Assembly (NCBI RefSeq): GCF_009914755.1
Contig: NC_060934.1
Origin: the human T2T-CHM13v2.0 reference genome, Homo sapiens
Strand: one strand, 5' to 3'
Length of the DNA: 64,000 bases
Under the pieces are notes generated by a model, which was given only the letters and a program-made list of their open reading frames with translations, was not told where the DNA came from and did not search any database. The position numbers and the translations under genes were made by a program. Below, piece by piece: positions 41,101-54,984 of this stretch (the first letter of the stretch is position 1; every line of letters begins with the position of its first letter).

Positions 41101-44100
41101 AAAGCAAGAGCAAACCAAACTCAAAGTTAGTAGAAAAGAAATAATAAATAACAGAGCAGAAATAAATAAAATTGAAATAAAAAAACAATACAAAAGATCA
41201 ACAAAATGAAAAATCGGTTTTTTGAAAAGATAAACAAAATTGACAAACCTTTACTCAGACTAAGAAAAAAAGAGAGAAGACCCAAATAAATAAAATCAGA
41301 GATGAAAAAGACATTGCAACCAAATACCACAGAAATTCAAAGGATCATTAGAGGCTACTATGAGCAACTATATGCCAATAAATTTGGAAACCTTGAAGAA
41401 ATGGGTAAGTTCCTAGACACATACAACCTACCAGTATTGAGCCATGAAGAAATCTAAAACCTGAACAGAACAATAACAAGTAATGAAATAGAAGCCATAA
41501 TAAAAAGTCTCCATCAAAGAAAAGCCCAAAACCCAAAAGCTTCACTGCTGAATTTTGGGTCTTGGTTAGTTTTGAGTAGAAAGGCTAAAAGATGAACCTA
41601 TCAAAAGTAATAACTACAACAACTTTTCAAGACATAGACAGTATAATAAGATATAAATAGAAACAAAACAAGTTAAAAAGCAGGGCAATGAAGTTAAACT
41701 GTAGAGTTTAACCAATCCTACTCAAAGTATTCCAAAAGACAGAGGCAGAAGGAATACTTCCAAACTCATCCTATGAGGCCAGTATTACCCTGATATCAAA
41801 ACCAAAGACACAACAAAAAAAGAAAACTACAGGTCAATATCCCCGAGGAACATTGATGCAAATATCCTCAACAAAATACTTGCAAAATGAACTCAACCAA
41901 GCATTAAAAAGGTCATTCATCATGGTTAAGTGGGATTTACCCAAGGATGCAAGAATGATTTAACGTATGCAAATCATTAAGTGCGATATACCATCTCCAT
42001 ATATCCAAATGATCATATGGTTTTTGCCCTTCATTCCATACATCAATGGAATGAAGGGCAAAAACCGTATGATTATTTTGATTGATGCTGAAAAACATTT
42101 GATAAAATTCAACACCCCTTCATGATTAAAACCCTTAAAAAACTGGGTATTAAAGGAACATACATCAACACAATAAAAGCCATACACAAAGGACCCATGG
42201 CTAGTATCATACTGAATAGGGGAAAACTGAAAGCCTTTCCTCTAAGATATGGAACAAGACAAAGATCCCCATTTTCACCACTGTTATTCAACATAGTACT
42301 GAAAGTCCCAGCTAGAGGTATCAGACAAGAAAAAGAAGTAAAGGGCATCCAAATTGGAAAGGAGGAAGTCAAATTATCCTTGTTTGCAGATATGATCTTA
42401 TATTTGGAAAAACCTAGAGGCTCCACCAAAAACCTATTAAAACTGATAAAGAAATTCAGTAAAGTTTCAGGATATGAAATCAACATACAAAAATCAGTAG
42501 CATTTCTATATGCTATAAGCGAGCAACCTGAAAAAGAAATCAATAAAGTAATCGTATTTACAATAGCTACAAATAAAATAAAATACCTAGTAATAAACTT
42601 AATGAAAGAAGTGAAAGATCTCTACAATGAAAACTATAAAACATTGATGCAAGAAATTGAAGAGGAAACACACAAAAAAATAGAAAGATATTTCATATTC
42701 ATGGATTGGGAGAATCAATATTTTTAAAATATCCATACTACCCAAAGCAATCTCCAGATTCAATGCAATCCCTATCAAAATGCCAATGACATTTTTCACA
42801 GAAATAGAAAAAAAAATTGGAAAATTTATATGAAACCACAAAAGACCTAGAATAGCCAAAGCTACCCTGAGGGGAAAAAAAAAAAACTAAACTGAAAAAA
42901 CAAAACTGGAAAAATCCCATTACCTGACTTCAAATTATACCACAAAGCTATAGTAACCAAAACAACACGGTACTGGCATAAAAACAGACACACAGACCAA
43001 TGAAACAGAATAGAAAACCCAGAAATAAATCCATACATCTACAGTGAACTCATTTTTGACAAAAGTGCCAAGAACATACATTGGGGAAAGGACAGTCTCT
43101 TCAATAAATGGTGCTGGGAAAACTGGACATCCATATGCAGAAGAATGAAGCTAGACCCCTTTCTCTATCTGTCTACAAAAATGAAATCAAAATGGATTAA
43201 GGAATTAATTCTAAGACCTCAGACTATGAAACTACTAAAAGAAAATATTTCAGAAACTCTCCAGGACATTGGTCTGAGCAAAGATTTCTTGAGTAATACC
43301 CTACGAGCGCAGGCAATCAAAGCAAAAATGGACAAAAGGGATCAGATCAAGTTAAAAGTCTTCTGCACAGCAAAGGAAACAACCAAATTAAGAGACAATC
43401 CACAGAATGGGAGAAATATTTGCAAACTATCTGACAAGGGATTAATAACCAGAATATATTAGGAGCTCAAACAACTCAATAGGAAAAATCTAGTAATCTG
43501 ATTTTAAAATGGGCGAAAGATCTGAGTAGACATTTCTCAAAAGAAGACATACAAATGGCAAACAGGTATATGAAAAGGTCATATACCTCAACATCATTGA
43601 TCATCTGAGAAAAGCAAATCAAAACTACAATGAGATATAATCTCACCCCAGTTAAAGTAGCTTTTATCCAAGAGACAGGCAATAACAAATGCTGGTGAGG
43701 TTGCAGAGAAAAGGCAACCCTGTACACTGCTGGAAGAATGTAAATTAGTACAACCACAATGGAGAACAGTTTGGAGGTCCTCAAAAACTAAAAATAGAGC
43801 TACCATATGATCCAGCAATCCCATTGCTGGGTATATACTCAAAAGAAAGGAAATCAGTATGTCAAAGAGATATCTGCATTTTCATGTTAACTGCGGAACT
43901 ATTCACAATAACCAAGATTTGGAAGCAACCTATGTGTCCATCAACAGATGAGTGGATAAAGAAAATGTGGTACATATACACAATGGAGTACTATTTAGCC
44001 ATAAAAAAGAATGAGATCCTGTCATTTGCAACAACATGGGTGGAACTGGAGGACATCATGTTAATTGAAATAAGCCAGCCACAGAAAGATAAACTTCACA

Positions 44101-44506
44101 TGTTTTTACTTATTAGTAGGAGCTAAAAATTAAAATAATTGAACTTATGGAGATAGAGAGTAGAAGGATAATTACCAGGGGCTAGGAAGGATAGTGGGTG
44201 ATGGGGAGTGGAGATGGTGAATGGGTACAAAAATATAGTTAGAATGAATAAGATCTAGAATTTGATAGCACAACAGGACTACAACCAACAATAATTTATT
44301 GTACTTCTTAAAATAACTAAAAGAGTACAATTGGATTGTTTGTAGCACAAAGAAAAGATGAATGCTTGAGGTGCTGGAGACTCCACTTACCCTGACATGA
44401 TTATTATGCACTGCATACCTGTGTCAGAATTTCTCATGTACCCTATAAATATATACATCTACGATGTACCCGCAAAAACAAAATTTTAAATACTTAGAAA
44501 GTCAAT

Positions 44507-44508
44507 AT

Positions 44509-44539
<31 letters not shown>

Positions 44540-44832
44540 TTTTGAGACAAAGTTTTGCTCTGTTGCCCAGGCTGGAGTGTAGTGGCACAATTTTGGCTCA
44601 CTGCAACCTCTCCTTCCAGGGTTCAAGCGATTCTCGTGCCTCAACCTCCCAAGAAGCTGGGATTACAGGCATGTGCCACCATGCCCTGCTGATTTTTTGT
44701 ATTTTTTTGTTAAGTAGAGATGGGGTTTCCCTGCGTTGGCCAGGCTGGTCTGTAACTCCTGGCCTCAAGTGATCAGCCCTCCCCAGCCTCCCAAAGTGCT
44801 GGGATTACATCCATGAGCAACCGTGCCCAGCC
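44507..44832 (-). mobile_element. Alu (antisense) in the L1MA tail
   Basis: (TTTA)n tail; TSD agaaagtcaatattt/agaaaatcaatattt. Confidence 0.93.
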
Positions 44833-45574
44833 AGAAAATCAATATTTAGAAAATGGTGCAGCCCTTCTGAAAAGACTGGAGCACCTTCTCGCAAAAAAAA
44901 AAAAAAAAAAAAAAACTTTGATTTTGTAACTACTATATGATCTAGCAATTGCACGTCTGGACATTAATCCCAAGGAAATGAAAACTTATGTTTCCACGAA
45001 AACCTATACCCAAATATTTAAGCAGCCTTATTTAGAATAGCCAAAGACAAAAAAACAACCCAGATGTCCTTTAGTGGGCAGCAAATGGTTAAACAGATGG
45101 GTACGGCCATACCATGGATACCACCAAGCAACCCAAAGGAACAGGCAATACACACGGTGACCTGGATAAGTCTCCAGAAAATTATACTGAATGGGGAACG
45201 ACATCCCAAATGGTGATATACTGTATGATTCTACTTCTTCCAATATTATTGCCATTCTTGAAGTGAGCACAGTATAGAGGATTCTCCAGGGGTTAAGGAA
45301 GGATGGAGATGGGGAAGAAGCAGGTGTAGCTGTAAAAGGACAGCAGGAGGGATCCTCGTAGTGAGGGAACGTTCTGCATCCTGACTTTATCAACATGGCC
45401 TTCCCAGTTGTTGTACAGTACCTTGTACGAGTGCACCGATATTGTACTGTACTCATATGAGATGTTATCATTGAGGGATACTGAATAAAGACTACAGGTA
45501 TTCTGTATTATTTCCTACAACTGTATGTGAACCTACAGTGATCTCAAATTTTAAAAATTGAATTAAAGAGTACT

Positions 45575-45729
45575 GCCAGGCACGGTGGCTCACATCTGTA
45601 ATCCCAGCTACCTGGGAGGCTGAGGTAGGAAGATCACTTGAGCCCAGGAGGTCAAGGCTTCAGTGAGCTATTATGGTGCCACTGCACTCCAGCCTAGGCA
45701 ACAGAGTGAGATCCCTTCCCTAAAAAAAG

Positions 45730-45730
<1 letters not shown>
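45575..45730 (+). mobile_element. Alu monomer (FRAM/FAM-like)
   Basis: Single Alu arm followed by an A-rich tail. Confidence 0.85.
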
Positions 45731-45988
<258 letters not shown>

Positions 45989-46569
45989 CTTACTGAGCAC
46001 CTGCTGGGTGCCAGTTGGCACCTTTAAGTGAGTATTACTTTCATCCAATTTTACAGCATGGACAGGCAGCTCTCCCAAGGTCATCAGCTAGTGGTGTTGA
46101 GCCTGGGATTCTGACACCAGAAGTGCCTCTTTCAGCCTCCACCCTCTCCTCAGCCTCTCCACCCTTCAGCCTCCACCCACTCCCCACTGGCTGTTTCTGG
46201 GCCCTCCACACAAGCTTGCCCTGTCTTTGAAAGGGACCATCCACTGCACTCAGAGACCCCACCGCCCCCTCTCTTGGAGCAGGTGCATTCTGTGCCCACT
46301 AATGTCCCTGGCACTTGCACATTGCAAGGCCCTCTCCCTGGAAAGACACTGGCCACAGGCACCGACTCGGCCTGCACGTGGGACAGAGGACACCCACATC
46401 CTCATGCAGGTAGGATGAATCTCCATGATGTCACAGCAGGACTGAGCCCCAGTGCCCCACTCTGGTGACCTGCACATCCACATGCCCTGCACTGACTTCC
46501 CAGCTTTTCCTGCCTGACTTCCCCACACCCCTCTGAGTGTGTCCTAGTATCACCTCCCTGGTAGACCAG

Positions 46570-46946
46570 TGATATGGTTTGACTGTGTCCTCACCCAAAT
46601 CTCACCTTGAATTGTCATCCCCATAATCCCCATGTGTTGAGGGAGGGACCCAGTGGGAGCTGATTGGACCTTGGAGGCGGTTTCCCCCATGCTGTTCTCA
46701 TAATAGTGAGTGAATTCTCAAGACATCTGATGGTTTTATGAGGTGGTTTTCCCAGCTCTTGCTAGCAGTTCTCTCTCCTGCTGCCATGTGAAGAAGGTCC
46801 TTGCTTTCCCTTCACCTTCCACCGTGATTGTAAGTTTCCTGAGGTTCCCTAGCCATGTGGAGCTGTGAGTCAATTAAACCTCTTTCTTTTATAAATTACT
46901 CAGTCTCTGGTATGTCTTTATAGCAGTGTTAGAAGGGACTAATACA
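46570..46946 (+). mobile_element. MaLR solo LTR (MST/THE1-like)
   Basis: Runs tgatatggtttg...ggactaataca, with a 5-bp TSD ACCAG on both sides. Confidence 0.9.
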
Positions 46947-47054
46947 ACCAGCTATCTCAGAGGCTGGGGCCCCCATCCTGGGATGTGCACACCAGCTCCC
47001 TGGGAGCTTTCCTGCACATGGGTGATGCCAAACACCTCTGTGCCTGGAAGACTG

Positions 47055-47537
47055 CCTGTGTTCATGTCCTGGGGCTGCTCTAACACATGGCCTCAAACTT
47101 GATGGCTTAAAACAACAGGGATTTATTCTTTCATAAGAAATGGAAGCCCAAAGTCAGAAATCAGTATCACTGGACTGAAGTCAAAGTATCAGCAGGGCTG
47201 CGGTCCTAACGGAGGCTCAAGGGGAGCAGCCGTTCCTTGCCTCTTCTCAGCCTCTGGAGGCTGCAGGGCTTCCTTGGCTTGTGGCTGCATCACTGCTCTC
47301 TACCTCTGAGGTCAGAGCAGCTTCTCTTCTCTGTCTGAATCAAATCTCCCTCTGCCTCCTTTGTATAAAGATCCTTGTGATTGCATTTAGGGCCCACTTG
47401 GATGATCCTGGACACTCTCCTCATTTCCAGATCTTTATCACACCTGCAAATACGCTTTTTCCTTATAAAGTAAGATTACAGGTTCTGGGGGTTAGGACCT
47501 GATATCTTTGGAGTGGCCATCATTCAGCCAACTACAT
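47055..47537 (-). mobile_element. MaLR solo LTR (MLT1-like)
   Basis: tggcttaaaacaacagggatttatt...gattgcatttagggcccac...ccatcattcagcc. Confidence 0.8.
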
Positions 47538-47642
47538 TCCTCAATCTGGGGCTCCAGCCCAGACTGGCCCCTTCTCCACCGGGCATGTGTCCTGTCTAAC
47601 TCTGAACTCCTCCTTATCTGACACCTGGGTTGCCCTGCACAA

Positions 47643-47939
47643 TTTTTTTTTTTCTTTTGAGACACAGTCTCCTTCTGTCTCCCAGGCCGGAGTGCAGTGG
47701 CACTATCTAGGCTCACTGCAACCTCTGCCTTCTGGGCTCAAGTGATCTTCCCACCTCAGCCTCCCAAGTAGCTGGGACTACAGGTGTGCACCACCACACC
47801 CAGCTAATTTTTGTAGTTTTGTAGAGGTAGGGTTTTGCCATGTTGACCAGGCTGGTCTTGAACTCCTGGGCTCAAGTGATCCGTCCACCCTGGCCTCCCA
47901 AAGTGCTGGGACTACAGGTGTGAGCCGCTGCGCCCGGCC
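47643..47939 (-). mobile_element. Alu (AluJ-like, antisense)
   Basis: Reverse-complement Alu with ctgggctcaagtgatc. Confidence 0.93.
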
Positions 47940-48017
47940 CTCTGGGATTACAGGTGTGAGCCGCTGCGCCCGGCCCTCTGGGATTACAGGTGTGAGCCGC
48001 TGCACCCGGCCCTCTGG
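47906..48017. repeat. 36-bp tandem repeat x3 made from the Alu 5' end
   Basis: ctgggattacaggtgtgagccgctgcgcccggccct-like units start at 47906, 47942 and 47978. Confidence 0.95.
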
Positions 48018-50729
48018 ACATCTTCAACCAAGGCTGCAGCACCCATCTGTTGTAGAAGCCAGAAATCAGGGCGTCATCCTCACTCCCACCTCTCCCTCGT
48101 CCATTTTGGCCACGGGTCCGCCCAGGGCCCATGCTACCACCAGCATGGCTATGGGGGCCTTCACCCTTGGGAAGATGCAGGAGGAGCTCATCTCACTCAG
48201 AGCCAGCAGCTGTAACGTCACCCAGGAGTGCACGGCCATGCAGGACACTTGCCCATTCTAGAGATGAGCAGTGGTTATTGTTTGTTGCGTCAGAAACCAT
48301 AAGCCCACTGGTTTCTCTGGGGCCTGGGTCTGGCTCCTGTCCCACTGCAGGTGCAACCTCTCCCCATGATCTTAAGCTGAGAAGTAGCCGTCCTCTGGGC
48401 CCAGATGTGTCGTGGACTGCAAGCTTTCCAGATACAGGGTGGTGGCTGTGGACCTGTGCTGGGACTCTGAGGGTGCCAGGCCTGTCCCAGCAGCCCCACA
48501 CCCAGATACCCTCTGTGAAGGAGATGCAGAGGCAAGTGAGGAGGCCAGCTGCCCAGACGATCCTGCCCAGCATGTTGGGCGCTGCCAGCCACTGGCTCCG
48601 GCTGTCATACCCAGGCTGGATTCTGAGGCCGGGGCTGGCCTCCAGACACCTGCAGTGGGCCGCCCCAACCAGCCAGCCCAGCTGCCTGCAAAGACAGAGC
48701 TGGGGACGGCCTCTTCTCAAATGTGCAGGAATTTCCTCCCATCTGCCTTTGGCCAGGCCAGGGACCTGGGCTTCCATGGCAAGGCAAGGTGTCTAATCTG
48801 CATCTGGGCCCAAGGGTGACCCAGCAGGCCCTGCACAGACTCCCCAAATGGAAGGCACAATGCCAAGAGATGGGGCAAAGGGAAAATGACATCCAGGTCC
48901 TAACGGACTAGCTGCAAGCGTCCCTGGAAGGCCCTATCAGAGTCTACCAGTGCCCAGGAGCCGACCACAGTGACTGACATAGTTGGAGCCAGTGTCCACC
49001 TGTGTCTGGGCCATCCGCAAACACAGTTTACAAAGGGAAAGACACTGACGTCAGGTACTCACTCAAATCATTTCCAACAAGAACTTTCTCTGAGCTATTT
49101 GTCTCCAAATCTCCCTCAAGGTGGGCAGCTGAGGAGCAGGGCATAAATGAAAGTTGCCAGACAGATGTAAGATTTGGGGTCTTGTTCTGACATGTGACTT
49201 CATAGAAACTGGATATGGGCAGGCAGCCACAGGTGATGACTCCACCCCAAGCCTAGGCGATGACAAGTTTCTAGACCTCTGCTCCCTAGAGCTGGCTGAG
49301 AACAAAGGCATGGCTGATGTGACCACTTCTGGGAGGACGCTGAAACTGGGTTCCCACTGGACCCAGGCAGTGTGATGTCAGCCTGACAGGTTAAGTTGTT
49401 TCAGTGCCGACTGCAAAGACATTCCTGATTTCTCAGCTGGACCTGTGATGTGTCAAGGACTTGACGTCACGGTTCTAAACTGTGCCTGCATAACAGGCTT
49501 TGTTAACCAGACGTTGCAAGGCTGGCACACTTTCAGAACCATAGTGCCAGACAGGTGACCCTCATCTGTGAGTCAGGTTGTGAGTGTGCTTGGTGTGGTT
49601 GAGGAAGTGGAGTGTGTGGGTACTGTGGTGGTAGGAGGGGCTCTGTGCCACAGAAGGTCTCCATGCACACTCCAAGAACTAGAGCTTCCTCGGACCTTAC
49701 AACTCTCTGTTTACCTTTCCTGGGAGCAGTTGGCCCATTAGCCACTCACACCTTAGTATGAATTTGTCTGCCCTGCACAGGCCCTCTTACAACACAGCAG
49801 CTGGCCACAGCCTGCATTCATGTTTCAAGCTACCCAACCCTGTCGGTCCTGTGAGATTCTGTTTCTTGTGCCTGAAAGGAGACTCAAACCTCATACCAGA
49901 CTTGGGGAATTTCAGGATATCAAGAATTATGGAAAGATCTCTGGAGCAATTACACAGGAAAAACCAGGCAAACTACAGAGAAATGGGGATCTGATTGGCA
50001 ACATACTTTTCATCAGGCTCAGTGGGTGCTGGAAAACCACAGAGCTGACCTTTAGAATTGTAAGAAAGAAGAGTATTTTGAACTCAGGATCTGTGCCCAG
50101 CTAAACCATCAATTATGTCTGGGGATGAATTTCCAGATATGCAAGTTTGGGGGATGTTTATCTCCTGCTCCTTCTTTTGTGCTTTTTCTGAGAAGCAATT
50201 GTTTCAGGATGTACTCCAATAAAGCCAGTTACAACAAAAGGAATTCAAGAAAAAGAGAAATGGGATCAGAAAACAGTTGCATTACCCCATGTGCAACAGA
50301 AAAAAAATTCTAGTCTGAAAGTCTAAAAAGCAGCTGATACAAAAGAACCATTCAGAATAGTACAATGAGGATGCTGGATGGTCTTCCTCACGTGTTTCTT
50401 CCATCAATATGGAAAAACAAAGGCAATTAGCAAGGCCAGGATAAACAAAGAGTTATAGAAGAGTATCATCGGCAATTGATAAGAGTGTAAAAAATATCCA
50501 TTTAAACGTTGGCTCCCAGATTATCCCCTGCCAGCAGCCAGGCTTAGGGGTGTAAGATTTCATTTCCTTCCTGGGTACAGAAAGGAATAATATTTATGAA
50601 ATCATAATACATGCTTCCTAGCTTAAGAATTATAGACTCAAAATATTGGCAATTACAGGGAAGACATGGTTACAGATTCAGAACAGAGAGTTAATGTTAC
50701 ACATCTTCTCTGGCTACTTATTAAATTAT

Positions 50730-50950
50730 GACTCTCTCTTCCTTTATTCCTCGCTTTAGTTCTCTCCATAGTTCTTATCACCACCTGATATATTGTCTAA
50801 TTTACCTATTGATCTTGTTTTTTTTTTTTTCTCCTTCAAACTGGAAAGTGAGCTCTGTAAGGCTAGGGGCTTTTGTCTGTTTGGTTTGCTGCCTACAATA
50901 GTGGCCGGCATATAGCAGGTGCTCACTACATTTTTTAGAGCAAATGATAT
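50730..50950. mobile_element. L2 3' fragment
   Basis: gtgagctctgtaagg...ggcatatagcaggtgctca pattern. Confidence 0.65.
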
Positions 50951-52284
50951 CTGAGCAATGTAAACATGAGGGCTTCATGACACCAGCTGGCACATAGGGT
51001 ATAGAGCATAGGAGCCCTCAGCTCTTCACTTGACACAGAAGGGAGTCATGAAACAGTGCCCAGGCTGGTGAAACAGAAACAGAGGTCTATGCACATGACT
51101 CCAGGCTATTTCCAAAAACATGGAAGAGCTAAAAATGACATAACTAACAAAATTAAGGGGACAATGTAGGAAGTGGAAATGACTTAAACTTCTCTTTCAT
51201 ACTGGGACATCAAATAGAAATGGTCGAAAATTGATAAATCCAGAAACAAAGTAAAAGCATTTTATTTAGAATTATGGTGGTAACAACAAGATCTGAAAAC
51301 ACAAACTGTTAAAATTGTTCTCTCCCGAGAGCGGGACTAAGGGCAGGAAACTTTACTTTTTTCATTTAATATCAGTCTATACTGCTTTAATATTTTTACT
51401 TTGTGTGTGTATTACTTTTATAATTTTAAAAAATGTGGGGAAAAAGCTATGTACACAGACCTCAATATCCTTGTTTCCTGTAAAAATGTCTTCACTTATT
51501 TATGATTTAGTATTATGCCACTGGACTTTATAGAGGGTCAATATAAAAAATGGCCATCTGAAGAGTGTATCTATATTGTTTGAAAACTGCAATAAAAGAC
51601 ATTCATGTCCATTATGTCACCAAATGTCCCTTATGTGAGGATTCATGCTGTAAACTTCTAGAATTTCACATCTGAAAAAAGTTTGTCTCAACTAGGGAAA
51701 AATATCTGCCACAGATATGGAGGACAAAGAGGTTGACATTCTTAATATAAAAAACTTTCTCAAATTAATAACAAAAATCCTTAAATATGTCTATAGAAAA
51801 AAAAGAGAGAAAGGATACAAACTCACCAAAGAAGAAATTAAAAATCACCAAATAAGACAGTCAGTTAACATTTTACCTCTAGCAAAATTGAAGGAAAAGC
51901 GGTATGGGGAGAAGTGGCAGGAAGAGGAGGAAAGGGAGGAGGGAAAGGAGGGAGGGGAGAAGAGCTCATAATGACAGATGTACGGGGAGCCTGGTGCCCT
52001 GGGCTCTTCAGACCAACTGGATAACATGATCAAAACTTAGAAAAAAGATTACTGTGAGTCCAGCATTTCATGTCTAAGAATTTAGCCTAAGAAAATAATT
52101 GAGTAAGTATGTAAAAATATATTTCAATCGGATCCCTCAGCTCTTCACTTGACACAAATGAACAATTGGATGAGGAACAGTATTGACTGAGTGCCTCTTC
52201 TGTCCCTGGTACTTACAAGGATGTTCATTTAAGGAATTAAAAAATAATAACAATCCAAAACATTGGAAACCAACTCTCTATCCC

Positions 52285-53125
52285 TGTATTAGCTTGCCAA
52301 GGCTGATGTAAAAAACTACCCCAAAATAGGTGATTATAAATAACAGACATTTGTCTTCTGCCAGTTCTGGGGGCTGGAAATCTGAGATCAAGGTGTCAAC
52401 AGAGTTGGTTCCTTCTGACTATGGGAGGCAGAATCTTCCCCAGGTTGCCCCACTAGCCTCTGGTGGTTTGCTGGCAATCTTAGGTGTTACTTGGTGATAT
52501 GGTTTGGCTCTGTGTTCCCACCCAAATCTCATGTTGAATTGTAATTCCCAGTGTTGAAGGTGGGACCTGTGGGAGGTGATTGGTTCATGGGGGTGATTTC
52601 TAATGGTTTAGCCTCATCCCCCTAGTGCTGTCTCATAACTGAGTTCTCATGAGATTTGGTTGTTAAATGTGTAGCACCTCCCCCTTTGCTCTCTTCCTCC
52701 TGCTCCAGCCTTGTACAACATGCTGGCCTCCCCTTTGCCTTCTGCCACGAGTGTAAGATTCCTGAGGCTTTCCTCAACCATGCCTCCTATACAGCCTGTG
52801 GAACTTTGAGCCAATCAAACTTATTTTCTTAACAAATTACACAGTCTCTGATAGTTCTTTATAGTGATTTGAGAATGGAATAACTCCCTTGGCTTGCAAA
52901 TCTCTGCCTTCATCTTCACCTGGTGTTCTCCGTGTGTGTGTTTCTGTGCTCACGTTTGCCAGGTCTGTAATGACTCTAGTTGTATTAGATTAGGGCCCAC
53001 CCTAATAATTTCATCTTAACTGGATCCTGCAAAGACCTCATTTCCAAATCACATCATATTCACAGATACTGGGTATAGAGGCTTCAACATCTTTCCGGAG
53101 AACACGATTCAACTCATAACAATTC
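52285..53125 (-). mobile_element. MLT1-like LTR with a nested MST-like LTR (~52495-52885, + strand)
   Basis: MLT1 halves are colinear around tgatatggtttggctctgtg...gagaatggaataac; cttgg is duplicated at the junctions. Confidence 0.8.
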
Positions 53126-53598
53126 CAGATAGGGAAAGGGTGAAGTAAATGAAGGTAACCCATATCATCAGTGCTACCCAGTCATTAAAATAGTACTGGA
53201 CATATATAGTTAGTTACACAAAAATATATTCTTAATATAAATTAAATGTTTAAAAAAAGATTATAAATCAATATAATAGCATGATTCAATTGTAGTCACA
53301 TACATGCGCATTTGCACACACAGCTGGAAAAATACATTCTAGAATGCTCACAGTTACTTTCATTTAAACATTTAACTTATTTAATATCAAGATAGATGAG
53401 GGATCTCCCTGGAGTCTCATGGTTACAAGTGGAGCAGAGGTTTTCTCCTTCCTTTCTAGTATTTATCAGAATTCGCAATATATTCACTCGTGTGTCCTTC
53501 TATTCCTCACTGCTGCTTTACTAGTCCAGGGGAGCCATGAGCACCAGTTTTGCTCACAACTGTATACCCAGGGATGCGCCCAGTAGACCCAAAATTAG

Positions 53599-53851
53599 TA
53601 AAGTCAGGTGCTGCATAACAACATTTAGGTCAACAACGAACCATGTATACAATGATGGTCTCAAAATTCTAATGCTGCATTGTGACTGTACCTTTGTGAT
53701 ATTTAGATATGTTTAGATACACAAATACCTTCATACAACCGCCTACAGGATCGGTACAGTGACATGCTGTACAGTGTGTAGCTCGGCAGCAAGGTCGCTT
53801 AACAATGCACTCCCCAGAACATGTCACTGTCACTAAGTGATGCATGATTGC
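53599..53851. mobile_element. Tigger3/MER7-like non-autonomous DNA transposon
   Basis: Terminal inverted-repeat remnants gtcaggtgctgcataac...taagtgatgcatgattg. Confidence 0.75.
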
Positions 53852-54984
53852 TTTTAATAAATGCATGAATAAAGGAATTGTGGACGCTTTAATTTTTGTC
53901 TTTACTTTCTTTGTCTGGATTTTCTAATTTTTCTACAAATGGACACATATTATCACTTTTATAATCATCATAAAAGGCCTACATGGTTTTTGGTTGTGGC
54001 TCAGATGAATTCTGTGCCATTTCCCTGAGAGAAGGGTAACTCCATGTAATGGGCTGATATTTGGAAGACACTCATGTTCTTTTTCTTGTTCTGCACACAG
54101 ACAACCTTCTCCCGGGCAGCTAGGAGCATCCACCCCCCTCTGTGGGCAGAGGGTGGGTGAGCATTTCTGCAGCAAGAAGAAGTTAATGTCCAGGTTCTGA
54201 CATTCCAATCCAAGCTGGAATTTATGGCAAGATTTAGAGTACAGGCATTTTTAAAAACAAAGGACTTTCTAAATTCATTTAACTTCTAGCGTGTTGTGGG
54301 TTAGGGTTGGTGGATCAGATCCTGGGATCTTACCTTTAAGAAGGTTCTTTGAGGACAGAGAAGGAAAGAAAAGCCTGCCCCACTGCCCTGCAGATCATGG
54401 GAAGCGGGGGGACAGAGCCAGCTGCCTGGGAGAGGGGTGTCCAAATTGTGGCTCCCTGCCCAAGACTTCAAATGTGGGTTGGAGAGTTGAAGGGCATGCA
54501 GAGGGCAGAAAGGCATTTACACTGATCCTGTGCTGGGACCCTGGGAACCCCAGTGCAGGGAGACGGACCTTGAACACAAGACTCAAGGGTAGAGCAGCAT
54601 GGTCAGGGGCAGCCCTTCCAGCCCCCAGCAGACACCACGCGGAGGGGCTGGTAGAGGCCCCGCCACAATGGGGGCAAGGTCTCCCACGGCAGGGGCTACA
54701 TAGGGGAACTCTCTAAGCTGGAGACAGAGGAACCCAAGGCAGCGGCTAGAGGGTCTTAGCTAGGGGCTGCGAGATGCACCATCTTTCTTTTTATAGAGAT
54801 ATTCTGTTTCTGAAGTTAGCACGTCCTCTGTTCGAGATGTCAGCTCTTCCTGGCTGCTTTGGCCCCTGGCGCAAATCACCAGGGAGGTAACCTGACTGGT
54901 TAGTGTGTTAGGATGCAGGTAAAGCTGTCATCTCCAAGGGTCTCAAAGGATACTGCAATTTAAATAAGATGCTATTTCTCTCCT

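Noticed and set aside
40964-44126. RT-like ORFs, including the 201-aa ORF at 42122-42727
   Set aside because: Degenerate L1MA ORF2; the catalytic FADD motif has lost one Asp (LFADM).
47906-48017. 36-bp repeats of CRISPR-like length
   Set aside because: Head-to-tail with no spacers, Alu-derived, in a eukaryotic context.
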